A stretch of 64,000 nt of DNA from Macrostomum lignano. Taxonomy: Eukaryota. The stretch is taken from assembly GCA_002269645.1 (NCBI GenBank), contig NIVC01001818.1, positions 6,459 through 70,458 on the forward strand. The letters are read 5' to 3'. The notes beneath the pieces were generated by a model. That model was not told the DNA's origin, searched no databases, and saw only the letters and a program-made list of their open reading frames with translations. The position numbers and the translations under genes are program-made. This document shows, piece after piece, positions 1 to 18,197 of this stretch; the stretch's first letter is position 1; each line of letters opens with the position of its first letter.

Positions 1-292
1 GAGAAACAACTTCGGCGATATCGTCCCACATCCAGCGCTGAGGGCACTTAACACGCTCACACAGGGTGTACAACGGTTCTGACTTTGTAATTGTCAGGCA
101 TGTACACTCTGTGTTTTGGGGTTTACCGTCACTAGACAACTCTCGGTGAATTTTCGTGCACAAGCCGCGAAGAAGAATGCGGCTGCGCATGGAATCAAAC
201 CAGGAGGCGAGATTTAGACGCGTTTACCGCTAAACTGCTCTGCCCATAGAGCAGATAGATTTACAGTGAAATATTACTGTCCAAACTTTCAG

Positions 293-5431
<5,139 letters not shown>

Positions 5432-5680
5432 GTTGAGTGTAAAAGTACGTGTTCATTTTTAAATCAAATCGTGTTCATTTTTAAATAGATGTCTGCTTGT
5501 AGATGTGTAGCAGTTTGTTATCTTACGCATTAAGTCTCTATGTTTATTTGATATACAGCTTTAACTTTTGTTGCATTTTGTTTGACTATATTACATGCTT
5601 ACGCTTAGCGTTTGCTCATTGTTGTCATTGTTTTTTCACGTGTTGTAAGACTGTTTAAACAAAAAATATTATGCTTTCAG

Positions 5681-5858
5681 TCGCCCAGAAACGTCATTTC
5701 TAAGCCTACTGAATCCACTGAAAGCGATTCGGCTGCTTTTGTTTAAGTATCGCTGGATACTTATCAAACTGCTGATTGTGACCCTGCTGACTGCAATAAT
5801 AGTGCTATTTATCTACTCCAGTCCTGGATACATCGCGAAAAAGCTCATTGGAGCATGA
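5681..5858 (+). CDS. OTOF: Alternative (duplicated) last exon of the ferlin encoding a second TM anchor
   Basis: Acceptor tttcag ends at 5680, same phase as exon 5251. Translates (N)RPETSFLSLLNPLKAIRLLLFKYRWILIKLLIVTLLTAIIVLFIYSSPGYIAKKLIGA*, about 45/59 identical to the 5251-5431 exon by hand alignment. Confidence 0.88.
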
Positions 5859-7916
5859 TCCAGGTAGCGATCACAATATTCTGATATTTTTATTATGCTC
5901 AAAAAGGTGTAAGAATACTTTTTCGCTGGTGTTTTAAAGTGTAGCACCAATTTGCAGGTTTTGAACTCCGAACTTCATCCTGCAAAATAAGCGTTAATAT
6001 TCACTCGTCTTAAAATATCATGAGACTTTTGAACTTTTGACTATCTATCATTTATACCTAAAAGTTTTTCGGTCGGTTAAACTTAAATCTCGTAGATCAT
6101 AGAGCTGATGCTAATATCGACTGTCCTTCCTCGCCGATGGTCTGAAACAAGCCTTTTTAAACTACCTCTTCTTTTTTCAGACTCACCGATCACAGCGAGA
6201 GGACTTCTGTCATCGCAGACTCTGGCTTGCACGTTGAAAAAGCAAAGAACTTACTCTGCGTCTGTGCACTTCTTTTACTCTTCTGTGATGGAAGTCGCAA
6301 TGAAACAATATTTTCATTACAAGCGATTCGATAAAAAATGTCTCATATTTTCGTTTAAAATCGTGCATGCTTTTTAACTGAACTGTTGAACTGTTCATTC
6401 GATATTGCATTTCAGAAATTTCACTCGACAAAACCTTAGTAAAATCACTTTATGTGAAGTGACTACGAAAATTTGTTCCTGAAATTTTAAGCGCTTTAAC
6501 AAGATATATAAGCTTGTCTATTCTGCAAGATTTGAAGTGTATCTTCGTCAACCATTGCCTTCAGTGCCGGTAAGATAAAACAGCAATATTGTTTGCATGT
6601 TAGCTTGTCCCGCCCATTAATTTTAATATTTAATATTATACTATGTTACTGTACCCTTTCTCACTGTCTTTTCTTTGTTTTAACCGCAGCTTGCGTTAAA
6701 ACTTTTGTTTTAATATTATCTAATCATTGCTTTGTATCTTATCGGATAGCTGAGACGGCTAACGAAATCACATTGTTTGGTTCAGTTAGCTAATAAGTAT
6801 TTTACAAATCAATTAATATAATCTTGAGCGCCCAAACTCTGAAAGTGAGTCGTCTGAAAATGCTGAATTGTTTACAAATATAATACGAGCGTACGTCGAA
6901 CTTTTCACGTTTACCGTGTCAGGTGTAGCAGCTTGAAGACATAGGTAAATCCCAAATAGACATTCTTATGCGCCAAGCTTTTGACTTTCAATAAATACTT
7001 TCTCGCAAATAGTTCGTACTGCTGAAAATTGGATTTGCTAAATATTTTAGTCAAGTTTTCTTCGACTGTTAACTTTATCTCTCGGAAGGTTTTGTCGGTG
7101 TAAATAATCTTGAACTGGTGTACTTGGATCTATAACAAACTTTTTAGAATTGCAATACTATGACTCTGTTCGCATGCAAAAGCGCTAAATACTTAAAGTT
7201 GGCTGCTTCTTTAACTTGTAACCTCCCGAAATTTCCACGCATATTTTCCTAATCTTGTTTTACTAAGCCGCGGGAATATTTTTTCTGTCTAGACGCAAAC
7301 GCTGATAATTTCTCCTTTATTATTCATTCAATGAAATGCAGTTTATGCATAAATATAAGTCTGGTGTGATATTTATTTTTCTGCTTTCTGTCTCATTGCT
7401 ACATAAAATCATTCGTTTGTCTACTTTTCCAACAATCTGTTCCATTGCCCCGAGTTCATTTTAGGTCAAGCTTAGCTAGAGAAACTTCTCAGAAAAAACT
7501 TAGTGGTTTTCTGCACTGAGAGCTGACCATTTCCGAAAGATTTAGCATCCTGAATTTAAGCATTGTTTTCTTGCTTTTTTCGCTTCGGCTATGAAAGCAC
7601 CGAGATACGTACAATACTAACATGCTTAGTGAGTGACCACAGGAGAGAATAATGCGCATGCATAAAGCGAATGAGTTTGAGAAAGGGACAGGAGAGCTGC
7701 TCGTAAATAAGCATATTCCTCCGCTCATTGTAATGCAACTATTGCCGTACAAGGCTTGTTAGTATCATTGATTCTACTACAATTTAATGCGTGGCAGCAT
7801 CGGGCTACATAAGCGAGCAATTTCAAAAACTCTAAAAACAATTTTTGCCTGCTTCACATGAATTCGACATGAATGATTCAAAACGTCTCATACTAGCAGC
7901 TGGTGAGAGTGTATCC

Positions 7917-10900
7917 ATGCTGCTGCTGCTACTGCTGCTGCTGCCAACAGTAGCCTGGAGCGCTAAACCGGCTTCCGAGCCTGGCCTACGCGGCGATCCA
8001 GCCTGGCTGTCCATACAATGCACCAACCAAAGCAAGACCGGTCCCGCCGTCTGCGCCTGTACGAAAGCTACTCGCAGCGAGGCCATCTGTCGTCTGGTGG
8101 CGGGGCATCAGGTCCCAGCTGATCAGCTGCCCTGCACAGATATTAGTCCAACTAAGCTCAGCAGCTTGAAGATTGATTGCAACAATTTTAGCGCCTGCAC
8201 CAATCTGCACCTACATAGCTTAGTTCGCCGTTCGAGTCTGCTTCGCCTGGAGATCACCGGCTGCCAGCTTGACGAAGTCGACGAGGCCGAACCGTTGGAC
8301 AGAAGCAATTTCGTTCTAATCAACGATGGAAGTGAAAAAATTACGGGCTCTGCTGGGTTTATTTCCAGCCATGGCAACAAGTCGACTAGCGATGTGAAAA
8401 AATTTGGCTGCTCGTTGCACAGTCTGCACATCAGGGACTCCGATTTGAGGCTGCCGAATTGGCTGCTGCAGAACTGTCCAAGTATCTGTAGCATTCATAT
8501 CGTTAAGTCCAGGCTTCGGGTAAGAATTTTTGAACTACGGGCGTATGAGTTTTATAAAGACAAATTTAACTGAAGGCATTGAGTCTTGTTTTTCACATAT
8601 AGCTGTACGTGTTATTTGGTAAGTTACAAGGCTAAGTAAGCTAATTCGTAATTGTCAGAACTATTCATAATCATAGAATATACATTTTCAACTTCTAATT
8701 CGTCAAAAATGAGTTCGAATTTGCCAGCCATGCCTAGTGCCTAGTGCCTAGTACAAACATACCCATAGAGCCTTTGTATTTTTAAAAAAAAAATTAGCGA
8801 TTACGGTATCAGGGGGGTGTTTCTCGAAACTCACGTAAGTTCTATGGTAAGTTAGATCGTAAGAAAGAAATTTACATGTAACGTAAGTTTGCTCGTAAGA
8901 CGCTTTCTCAAAACTCACTTAGACTTTGCGTGGCTTACGCTGTTCGTAAGTCGTATCTGAAACGAAAATTTGCATGTCTATGGTCATAAATCTGCAAATA
9001 TCTTTACTTAGTCTATCGTAAGTTGCTTTCGAGAAAGACCCACCTTTGATAAAGTTTAACTTGACTTGGCTTTACTAAAGCTTCACGTACTATGCGATTA
9101 GTGCTCAAGTGCGTCTTACGACTGATACCGAGCAGTCGTAGGGTTAAGATCAACCTTACGAAAGACCACAGACATACGTACGTTTCGAGAAACAGTCTTT
9201 TGCGCAAAGTTACGAACTCGTAAAGTTGCGATCAATCTTACGCATAGCTAACTTGCGAGCCCTTCGAGCAACCCGTAAGTGTAGCTTACCCAACTTACGT
9301 CTATGGTCGATCTTAAGTTGCTTTCGAGAAAGAACCCCCAGGTCAGTAGCTTGTGCGCGGATCAAGATTTTTTTAAGGCATAAAATACCATTGCTTATTT
9401 CATCGTTAAAAAATTGTACTATTCTGAGCCGGGAATGTGTTGTCTGTGGTAATTTTTAACAAAAACTAGGATATTATATCATATAATCTCCTCGAAATCA
9501 GGAGCAATCAAATTTAATATATGATAAACGCCGTTTAATTCATCATAGTCTATGGTTAGAATGTCCGAGGCTGCGTTTAATGGTCTCGAGGCGAGCATAG
9601 CGTTTAATGGTCTCGAGGCGAGCGTAGCGAGCTGAGGACCATTGTTTAGCAATTTGACGATCATTATTCACATTTTTAATGCAGAACAATCCATTACTAC
9701 GCTCGTAGAAACAATGCATTGTCTGTAGGATCGTCAAACAGAAAAACAATGCAAAGAATCAGCGGTCGCAGCACGTGACAACGATTTGTCTATGGCTCGC
9801 GCCTCTATGGACCGCTGATTATTTATCCATTGATTGCAGCCTCGGACATTCTAACCATAGAATGTGAATTAAACGGCGTTTATTATTTACATATATAGCT
9901 ATTTTCTTGCAAATGTGTATTTCACTTGAACCAGCGAATGAAAAACCATTTTTTAAACGAAACAGTTAAACATCTAAACGAAATACAAGAAACTATAAAC
10001 ATCAGAAAGTTTCAACGAGTTGTACAGCTAGATGTTGGACATCATCAATTTTTGGTGGTGACAATTTACATGTGCATGTGTGCTGCAGCCCTGAACACAG
10101 CTGCAGCTCCTCGAATTCACCGCTATTTTGCCAATTTTTTATAGCAAAGCGCAAGGAAGCAAGGACTGGTGAACTTTGTGTCTGTTGCGAATACTTAGGC
10201 AAAAATATGTCTATGTCCCTTTAAGCTACTGACCTCAGAGTTGTCTCTAAGGCTGTCGGCTTAATTAAATTTTTCTTGCAATTTGCGGGGTCGGTCTTTT
10301 CTTATTGAACGCATTGAGAGTGGCCTATCTAGGGAATATAAGATCTATGGTTTGGGTAGAGTAGAAAAAATGACTTCGAATCAAGGACGAGCCTCATACT
10401 TTTTTCGCCATGAATTGGTTCGTTTCCGGTCCTGAGTTATCAAGTTGTCCTTGCTTCGAATTTGACGAAGTGAGGGAATTCGTCAGCTAAGATATGCCGC
10501 GTCTATGGCAAAATCCGATACCGCAAGTATCTGAAACATTGTCACAATGAGTGAAATTCGTCAACACAAATGCTCAAAACTTTACTGCTGGCGCCAATTT
10601 TATAAAGCATAGATAACAGATATTTAGCCACGGGTAACGGCTAAAAGACATGTGCGGGTTTTATAAACACACTGGTAGCTAACCAGGATAATCCATACTC
10701 CGGCTATTGAGGACGACGGAGTAAAGTAATAGTCTATGGCAAAACTAGTCTAACCACGGATTGTAACCGTGGATAAAAAAGACGCAGATTTTAGCAGTGG
10801 TTTATAAAATCGATTTTTTTACCATAGATAAAATCCACGGATAATTAATCCACGGGTAGCTGACATGGATTAAAGTGATTATAAAATTGGCCCCTGGGGT

Positions 10901-13900
10901 GGGACTAATCATGTGTCTACCGCAAAAGGCTGAGCAAAGTGGCTTCAAATTCGAGTAACTGTTTGACGAATTTGAAGTTTAAAAGGTATAGCTAATACAA
11001 GTATTGTGCTTTTTTCAGCTTTTAAACGCATCGGATTTAGTTCAAGATATGTTTCCCGATATAATGGAACTTTTGTCTATGATAGCAATTAAGGATGCCA
11101 TCAGCATCATTTACTTTGGTCCAACAAGCATCAATTCGGTCCATAGTTTCACCCCTATACTGCAGTGAATATGAAAGCAATGATTTATTCGTAACTGCGG
11201 AGGAGGAGCAAGAGTATTCCCAGAATCGTGAACCATATGTTAGACTGTCGAACAAACGCCAAGGGCTTGTGATCGAAGCGCAGTTTTGACCATGCTAAAA
11301 TGCTTTTTTATTTGTTGTAGTTTAAGTTGATCAGATTGTATTTTTGACGTCTTGTTTCATTGGTACAGCGAAATTTGCTCAAAAAAATTAATTGTTTAGC
11401 AATTTGACGATCATTATGCGCATTTTTTATGCAGAACAATACATTACTACAAACAATGCATTGGATAAATCGCCAGACAATCGTTGTCACGCACTGGGAC
11501 CGCTGATTCTTTGCATTGTTTTTCTGTTTGACGATCCTACAGACAATGCATTGTTTGTAGCAATGGATTGTTCTGCATTAAAAATGTGAATAATGATCGT
11601 CAAATTGCTAAACAATGTTTTTAGGATCGTCAAACAGAAAAACAATGCAAAGAATCAGCAGTCGCAGCACGTGACAACGATTTGTCTATGGCTCGCGCCG
11701 CGGGCGTTAATGAAAAATCCTCGGGCGCCTAACTGCGCCCTCTGATTTTCCCATTAACGCTACCGGCGCTCGCCAGACAATCGTTGTCACACACTGAGAC
11801 CGCTGATTATTTATCCATTGTATAGCTGTAACTCATGATTGGGTTTCATAATATCTAATGGTCCAAGCTGTTGCTTGTTGGACCAAATTAAATGCTGCTG
11901 TGCAAGCCTTGTTACCTCGGACAAAATCTCCATTCTTTTCGCAAACGTATCTCTGATTAAATTTAATGCGCGTAAGCTCAAATGGACAGCAAAAAGTTAT
12001 ATTTATCAGCAGTTTACTTCGATGTTATTAATTGCCATTTTCACACAGTTTTTATATTAATTTTGCTTCCCTGATTAAATTCTCCTCTATAAATTTTATT
12101 CTGAAAAATCAGGATCTAACTGAAATGGACGTATTAGCCATATCAGCATCTGAGGTTGTAGTACTTTCGGGTTGTGAAATGTTCTACTTTGGTGAAGGTC
12201 TCGACGACCGAGCGATCGCCGGTATGAACGAACAACCTCTTAAATTAGAATGTCTCGGCAAACGGTGCTCCAATTTTACCACCCGAGCCAAGGAAATCAT
12301 CGATTCAATGATCCAAGCAAGCGGAGCTGTCACAGACATTCGAGCTCTGTACTACGCGATGGAGATGAGCACTGTCGAGTTCCGCCTAATTCTAGGCAAA
12401 ACTGTCCGTGACCTGCACAAGGCGAATCCGCTGCACAGTTTGGACTTGTCGAATAATCACCTTACTGTCATTCCCAGCTGCATATCGATGATGAGCGATT
12501 TGAACACGCTAAACTTAAGCAATAATGGGATTAAGGACTTGTACGACGTGTCCGGTTGCTGGGGAGGACCTCCCACCGGCATACCCTTGTCCATAAAGGA
12601 GAAAACAAAGCGCCAATGCTATTGGTTTTGGTCATCCAGAAAATCCTTGCGTGTTCTTGATCTTTCCCACAATTTAATAGAATATCTCGGCCAAGTGGAG
12701 CCTTGGTATCAGGTAAGTTATCTACTTTGGTTGACTGAATATAGTTGCTTTTTTTGAACAGTTTTAACGGTAAACTTTTAACAAATCAATTCAGGTTAAT
12801 CTGGAGACTCTGGATCTCTCCTACAACAGATTGGCTATCTTAGGCACCGACTCATTTACGGGAAGCCTGGCATCAAGTTTGAACAATATCTTCATTCAAA
12901 ACAACCATTTGAAGACAGTAAATCTTACCTGTTTAAGCAAGGCTATCCGAATCAATGCTGCGAATAATCAAATTTCTTGTATAAAAAGGGACACTCTGCC
13001 GAGCTCGAGAAGCATGAGGTCAATTCATTTGGAAGGCAATCTAATATCTTCCATAGCTTCATCCGTGTTTACTAATTATCCCATTCTTGAGGAAGTTGAT
13101 CTCAGCAAAAATATGCTTGAATACATGCCATTCCACAGCTTTAAAACGACACAACGAGACGCCCCATCCAATCGAGTTGAAGTAAGCATAGCTAAACAGA
13201 AGACTACCATTGTGTGCAACTGTCAGCACTTCTTTCTTAGTACAATGCTGGAAGAGCAGAGCGACAATCATACGTACGAAATGTCAACTATTGCCACTAA
13301 GGAGAGGCAGAAAACCGAATGCCGGCTACTCCCGAGAAGCCTGGGGGGTCGACGCAACGTTACTAAGACGTTTGCAGCTCTGCATTTGAATGATTTCGGA
13401 TGCAAGCTTCGCGACTCTAGTAAAATTGAGCTGCCAGTGTCGGTTTGCAAACGAAAAAATGGAACTTGCATTGGTAAATGCAACCCTAAGTGCTATTGCT
13501 GGTCGAATGCCATCAAAATTATAATGAACTGCTCAGTCCATGGAATACCGAACTCGGCTAGAAATATTCCTATGCCTATAACTGTGCTCGACTTTTCGCA
13601 CATGACGACCAGCTTTATTCAGGCCTTTTGCAACGACACCATCACCTGGAAATTTGATGAAGATCGATTCAGCCTGAAAGAATTCAGAGCCCAGCAAAGC
13701 AATATAGTTACTATTGCAGACTATGCATTCGCCAAGACACCTGAAGTGACCAAAATAATTGTTCCTCACAACAGAATAAAACAGCTAAACGAACGCACAT
13801 TTGCTGGTCTGGAGCATTCGCTAAACCATCTCGACCTCCGTCATAACAACTTGACAATGGTGTCTGTCAAACGTGTATTCGACCCCCTGTTAGCTTTAGG

Positions 13901-14951
13901 AACTGTAGAGCTTTTCGGCAACCCCTTCGTATGTGGCTGTTCTCCCATCCATTTAAACTACCTTAAAGAAATGGCTCAATACGATGGAGTCAAGAGTGTC
14001 ATTAATGACTATAGACAGCTAACTTGCAACTTAACGGATGAATTCGTCACAGATTTCAACTTCTACAACCTCTCTTTCGTCAACACCAATTTCACATTAT
14101 CTAGCTTCCCAATGCATAGTGTAACTTTGCTCAAAAAAATGTGCAAAGAAATCGACAAGCAAAAGGCTCAGTTAAAACTTAAAATACTACAGACAGCTTT
14201 GAGCACGATAGGCATCGCTGCTGGTCTTATTATAACGGCGCTTCTTGTGCGTCGGCGGCACTTTGTTCAAAGCATGATTATGCACGTCGTCATAACCCAC
14301 CTAGTGAAGCCTCGACGCTATCGAGGAGACGAAAGTTTTCACGTATTTTTCTATTTCGACGACAGCGACAGCGATATTGCATCGGAAATATTGAAACATC
14401 TAAATAAGCCGCCCACGGAGATCCCCGGAAGCAGAGGCATTGTGGTACGCCATTCAGGCGAGCAAGCGCCATCAGAAGAACTGGCAACTAAAGCTGAGTC
14501 CATTCCCTATTTTGTACAGAGAAGCGTTAAGGTCTTGGTTCTGCTATCAACAGAACTGATGCAAAGCAACACCAATGAAATTCGGCTGATCACGGGAGAA
14601 CTAGGAAACCTTAGAATGGCAAGGGATCTCATTTTGATCACTGCTGACAGGCAGGACGAAATGAAGATGCAACTGTCCCATCTGCAAGAAACTTTCCGAA
14701 CCAACCAGGAGCGCAAGGGCATGGAGTTGTGGATGCGCCTCTTGACTCGGGGGCACACAATTCGATACGGCAGTAGGGATTGGCAGTACCACCTTATGAA
14801 TAAGATTCTGCGTGGTCTGCCTTGGCTGCCCAGGTCTTTTGTACCGAACCATGGAGGTGTTAATGAATTCGATTCGCTTCTGCTGAAAAATTCTTCTGGT
14901 TACGATGAGCTGGAGATGAGTGGCCACAGGCCTCTCTTAAACACATTCTAA
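7917..14951 (+). CDS. Toll-like receptor (LRR ectodomain with multiple cysteine clusters, TM, divergent TIR), ~1119 aa. Exons 7917-8519, 12113-12712, 12795-14951
   Basis: Signal peptide MLLLLLLLLPTVAWSA. Two phase-0 GT..AG introns join three ORFs. Many LxxLDLSxN repeats, an internal Cys cluster (IVCNCQ...EC; CNPKCYC...NC), LRRCT (GNPFVCGC...LTC), TM (ILQTALSTIGIAAGLIITALLV-RRRH), and a cytoplasmic region alignable by eye to TIR boxes (FHVFFYF; SVKVLVLLS; LILIT; LRGLP). Confidence 0.85.
8813..9338. mobile_element. PIF/Harbinger-like non-autonomous element
   Basis: 17-bp imperfect TIR GGGGGTGTTTCTCGAAA / TTTCGAGAAAGAACCCC, 3-bp TSD CAG (8810-8812, 9339-9341), and internal repeated CGTAAG/CTTACG motifs. 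Confidence 0.65.
9524..9883. mobile_element. Foldback/MITE-like element with ~50-bp inverted arms
   Basis: ATAAACGCCGTTTAATTCA..CTATGGTTAGAATGTCCGAGGCTGC pairs with GCAGCCTCGGACATTCTAACCATAG..TGAATTAAACGGCGTTTAT. The interior shares sequence with 11391-11820. Confidence 0.6.
10591..10893. mobile_element. PIF/Harbinger-like MITE
   Basis: 15-bp TIR GCGCCAATTTTATAA / TTATAAAATTGGCCC (1 mismatch), 3-bp TSD CTG (10588-10590, 10894-10896). Confidence 0.65.
11391..11820. repeat. Nested palindromic (foldback) repeat
   Basis: 11391-11463 is the reverse complement of 11544-11616 (~73-bp arms). A second inverted pair (AATCAGCAGTC..GTGACAACGATTTGTCT / AGACAATCGTTGTCAC..CCGCTGATT) spans ~11655-11810. 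Same family as the 9640-9830 sequence. Confidence 0.7.
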
Positions 14952-16827
14952 GCATCAGAGTAGAAGTTATCGGCGTAATCTAATGGCCAGGACAAGATTA
15001 GCACACACTGAACGTAGCAAACTTTATCAGAACGTTCTTATTCTTATATAACCTAAGTTAACTTAACTTAGTTTTAATTACGTTCAAAACAGTTTTATTT
15101 TGGAAAATATTAGGCATATTTTAAATGCCTTTCTATTCTCATTCTGTGTTGCATATTGTATATTATACTGCATACTGTGCTGGTTAATTTTTTTACTGTT
15201 TCTAATAATTAAAAACAACACGTTAGATTAAGTAGCATAAACTACGGGTCCGACTTAAAATAAATATAGCTGCACTTTATATAACTGTTCTTTATAACTA
15301 AAATCAATATGAACGTTATTTACGAGCTAATACAAACAAACGTAGTTATGTTGAAAATTTCGCTAAAAGTTTGAGGTTTTTTATATTGTGTATATAGTCT
15401 TTACCTTCGATATCGAGTACTACGTGCGCCTTTATATGGTTTTTTCCTATTGTATCAGATATTTTATATCAGAAGCGCTTGAAATTCTCACTTTTTATGT
15501 ACTATAAATGGTTAGAAATTATCGTTTTTTTCAAACTCCAGCTTTTCTATTTCTGCTCATTGTATGTGCCTACGATACATTGTGTTACATATGATACTAC
15601 TATACCTATATGATACAAGTATGAAATCCTAATCAGATCACGTTTAAAATAATAATTTGCCGTTTCATTTGACTCAAATCGAAATAATAAAATTAGAATT
15701 GCGTGCAATTCAAGTACGCTCTCCTACAATCGCAGCTGAAAACTTCAATTTACAATATAAAATTTCGTTTTAATCTGTTCCAATAGAAAAATCTCGTGGA
15801 AGTTGTAGCACATATAAATAAATAAGCGTGCATATATTTTACCTAATTACCACACTTTCTAGAAGTTTTGTTCGGTAAATTAGATGCATGAGTAAAATTC
15901 GCTCATAGAGCTGCACATACAGGCCACAGACTATCATGGAGCTACAATTATATATTCGTAAAATTGACACTGCTTATTGATTCACACCGTACTATAAATT
16001 TTTTTCACAGTGGCTTTATGTTTAATGTACCCAGTCTCAAAGTTGCCTTTTCAACCTCAAATGTGACACAAGTAAAACTTCGATGGTATATTTTTCGACT
16101 GTAACGGGTTAGGAAGGCCTAACGTTTTCATAAAATCCCTGACTCCCTGGTCTAAAGTCACTAAATGATGCAAATCAAAAATGGTATAGCAAATTAAAGC
16201 GAAATGTGGCTCAACTCAGACAAAGAAGCAAGATCTACACCAAAAGTCTACACAGAAGAATTTTGGAACTAGATATTGTTTAATTTAGCAAGCGTGTTTA
16301 CTGTTTTTATTCTTATTACTGTTTTTACAATTCCTCTTTACCGGCTGTCGAAAATGATCTCTTTAACATAAACTGTCACATATTGTTACTTTCAGCAGTC
16401 CCAATCCCATTTGGTTCCATATTGTCCCGTTTGGTCCCATTTGGGTCTACTTATTTACATGCTGAGATTCTACCAAAAAACGCAATTCCATCATTTGAAA
16501 GTACGTGTGGCAATTAGGTATTCGGGATTTTTAAATGGTGTTGCTACTAATAATTGTATTATTTTTTAGTTTAACCAGCCATTAGATTCCTACGGTTGGC
16601 ATCTCAAGTTTCCAATAACGTTTTGACCATAGATTTTTTCGGGTGAGCATTTTCCATCCTTGATTTAACACCATTTATCAAATAAAATCTACTTTTATCG
16701 AGAATTATAAAAAATATTGACTCTGTTAAGCAGCTTGCTAGAAATAAAGCAAAGACCCTTGGTAATTACACTCGTAATGTTATATTTTGATCGAAGTACA
16801 TCGAAGCACGATAACTACAGCAAGTAA

Positions 16828-17710
16828 ATGAAAACCTATTCGCAAAGTTCATCCAAATCCGCTTTGTCTGGAAGCAGTCCTTCCAACTGGGAGCAGAGCC
16901 AGTATTCGTGGCAAAACTCCGCAAAGTCTGTCCAATCAAGCTCGTCTCGATTTACCAAATGCCGTCTGGCCGCGCTGCAGAACTTTCTAGAGGCGAAACT
17001 AGCAGAAACAGAGGCGACCTCGAGTCGCATGCATCGGGGCGTCCCTCCGTGCAAGGCAATTCGCGAGCTCTATTGGGTGCGAGAACCCGGAGAAAAGCTG
17101 CTGCCCGGAGATCGATTGGGACTGCTGATCTGGCAGTACAGCATGATGAAGGCGGCGCGGAAACTGCTGGCCGAGCACGAGAAGAAACAGCGACAGCAGA
17201 TGACGAATTATCAATCCAGTCAGTGTGAAGACTCGCTACCAACTAGATTTGAGACAGTTTGTAGCGAAACACCAAGGTGAGTAGGAGATACCAGTTCTCA
17301 TATAAAGGATCTTCAAAAATATCATGGGATATGCTTATTTCTTATAACCTGACAGGTCAAACGCAGAGGTTAGGCAACACCAAAGTGAAGATTTTCTCCA
17401 TCAGCAGCAGTGTTGCTGGGATTTATCTCAAGCGACACCAATGCCCACTGACAATAACGAGAACTTATGCACGCTGGCACACACCATCCATATTAACGAT
17501 GACGACGAGGAATACAATTTGCCCAGCAGCGATGAGTCGAGTGCTTCGTCGCACCGCCATGGCACTCTTCCCTCAAGTCTTCAATTCGATCGCAAACCAA
17601 TCGAAAAATTTGCAACCAATCAGCAGGCAGCAACAAAGACACCTTTGCAACGAGGTTGTCGCTTTCTCTGCCGTCGGATGCTGTGCCACTTTGGCGCAAA
17701 TTTTCGCTAA
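16828..17710 (+). CDS. Hypothetical orphan protein, ~267 aa. Exons 16828-17276, 17356-17710
   Basis: A 150-codon ORF ends at AG|GTGAGT. A 79-bp intron to a ...GACAG acceptor (17355) restores an open frame through to TAA at 17710. No recognisable domain. Confidence 0.5.
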
Positions 17711-17911
17711 ACCGTTCTGACAGTTTGTACTGTCGACTAATGCGCGTACCCTTATTTATGTTCAATTGGAATGTACATAAACGATACTGCGTAAGATGCA
17801 AGAATTTGACGTTAAATAATTTACAAAACTGCACTGCACTTGCACTATACTTGCGTGTTTTCTTTCAACTGATAATAGCTTCTTTAACTTGATCAGACTT
17901 TCATTTCTAGC

Positions 17912-18197
17912 GGCTGGTTGTAGCCTAGTGGTTAGAGCGTCGGACTTACGACTGAAACAATTTGTGTCCTTGAGCAAGACACTTAACTCCGCATTGCTTC
18001 AGTTCACCCAGCAGTAAAATGAGTGCCAGCATCAGCAGGGTTAATTGAGGGCGACCCCCTCCCAGTCCTTGGGCTGAACAGCCGTACGCAACCTTCAGAT
18101 GCGCCGTGCAATAGCTGCGGCTGAGCTGTCGGTTGCACATCTGCCCTGGGCAGATGTAATCAATTATTATTATTATTATTATTACTATTATTTATTA
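17912..18197 (+). mobile_element. tRNA-derived CORE-type SINE (degenerate, B box missing)
   Basis: A-box TAGCCTAGTGG in a tRNA-like head. The central TGTGTCCTTGAGCAAGACACTTAACTCC...CAGTTCACCCAGCAGTAAAATGAG resembles the CORE/MIR domain. (ATT)n tail. Confidence 0.65.

Noticed and set aside
1-90. Possible upstream ferlin exon at the window start
   Set aside because: No frame could be linked with a convincing phase-2 donor or a ferlin motif.
17912-17960. Possible tRNA gene
   Set aside because: Only the A box and D-arm region are present. There is no T arm or B box, and the sequence continues into a SINE body.
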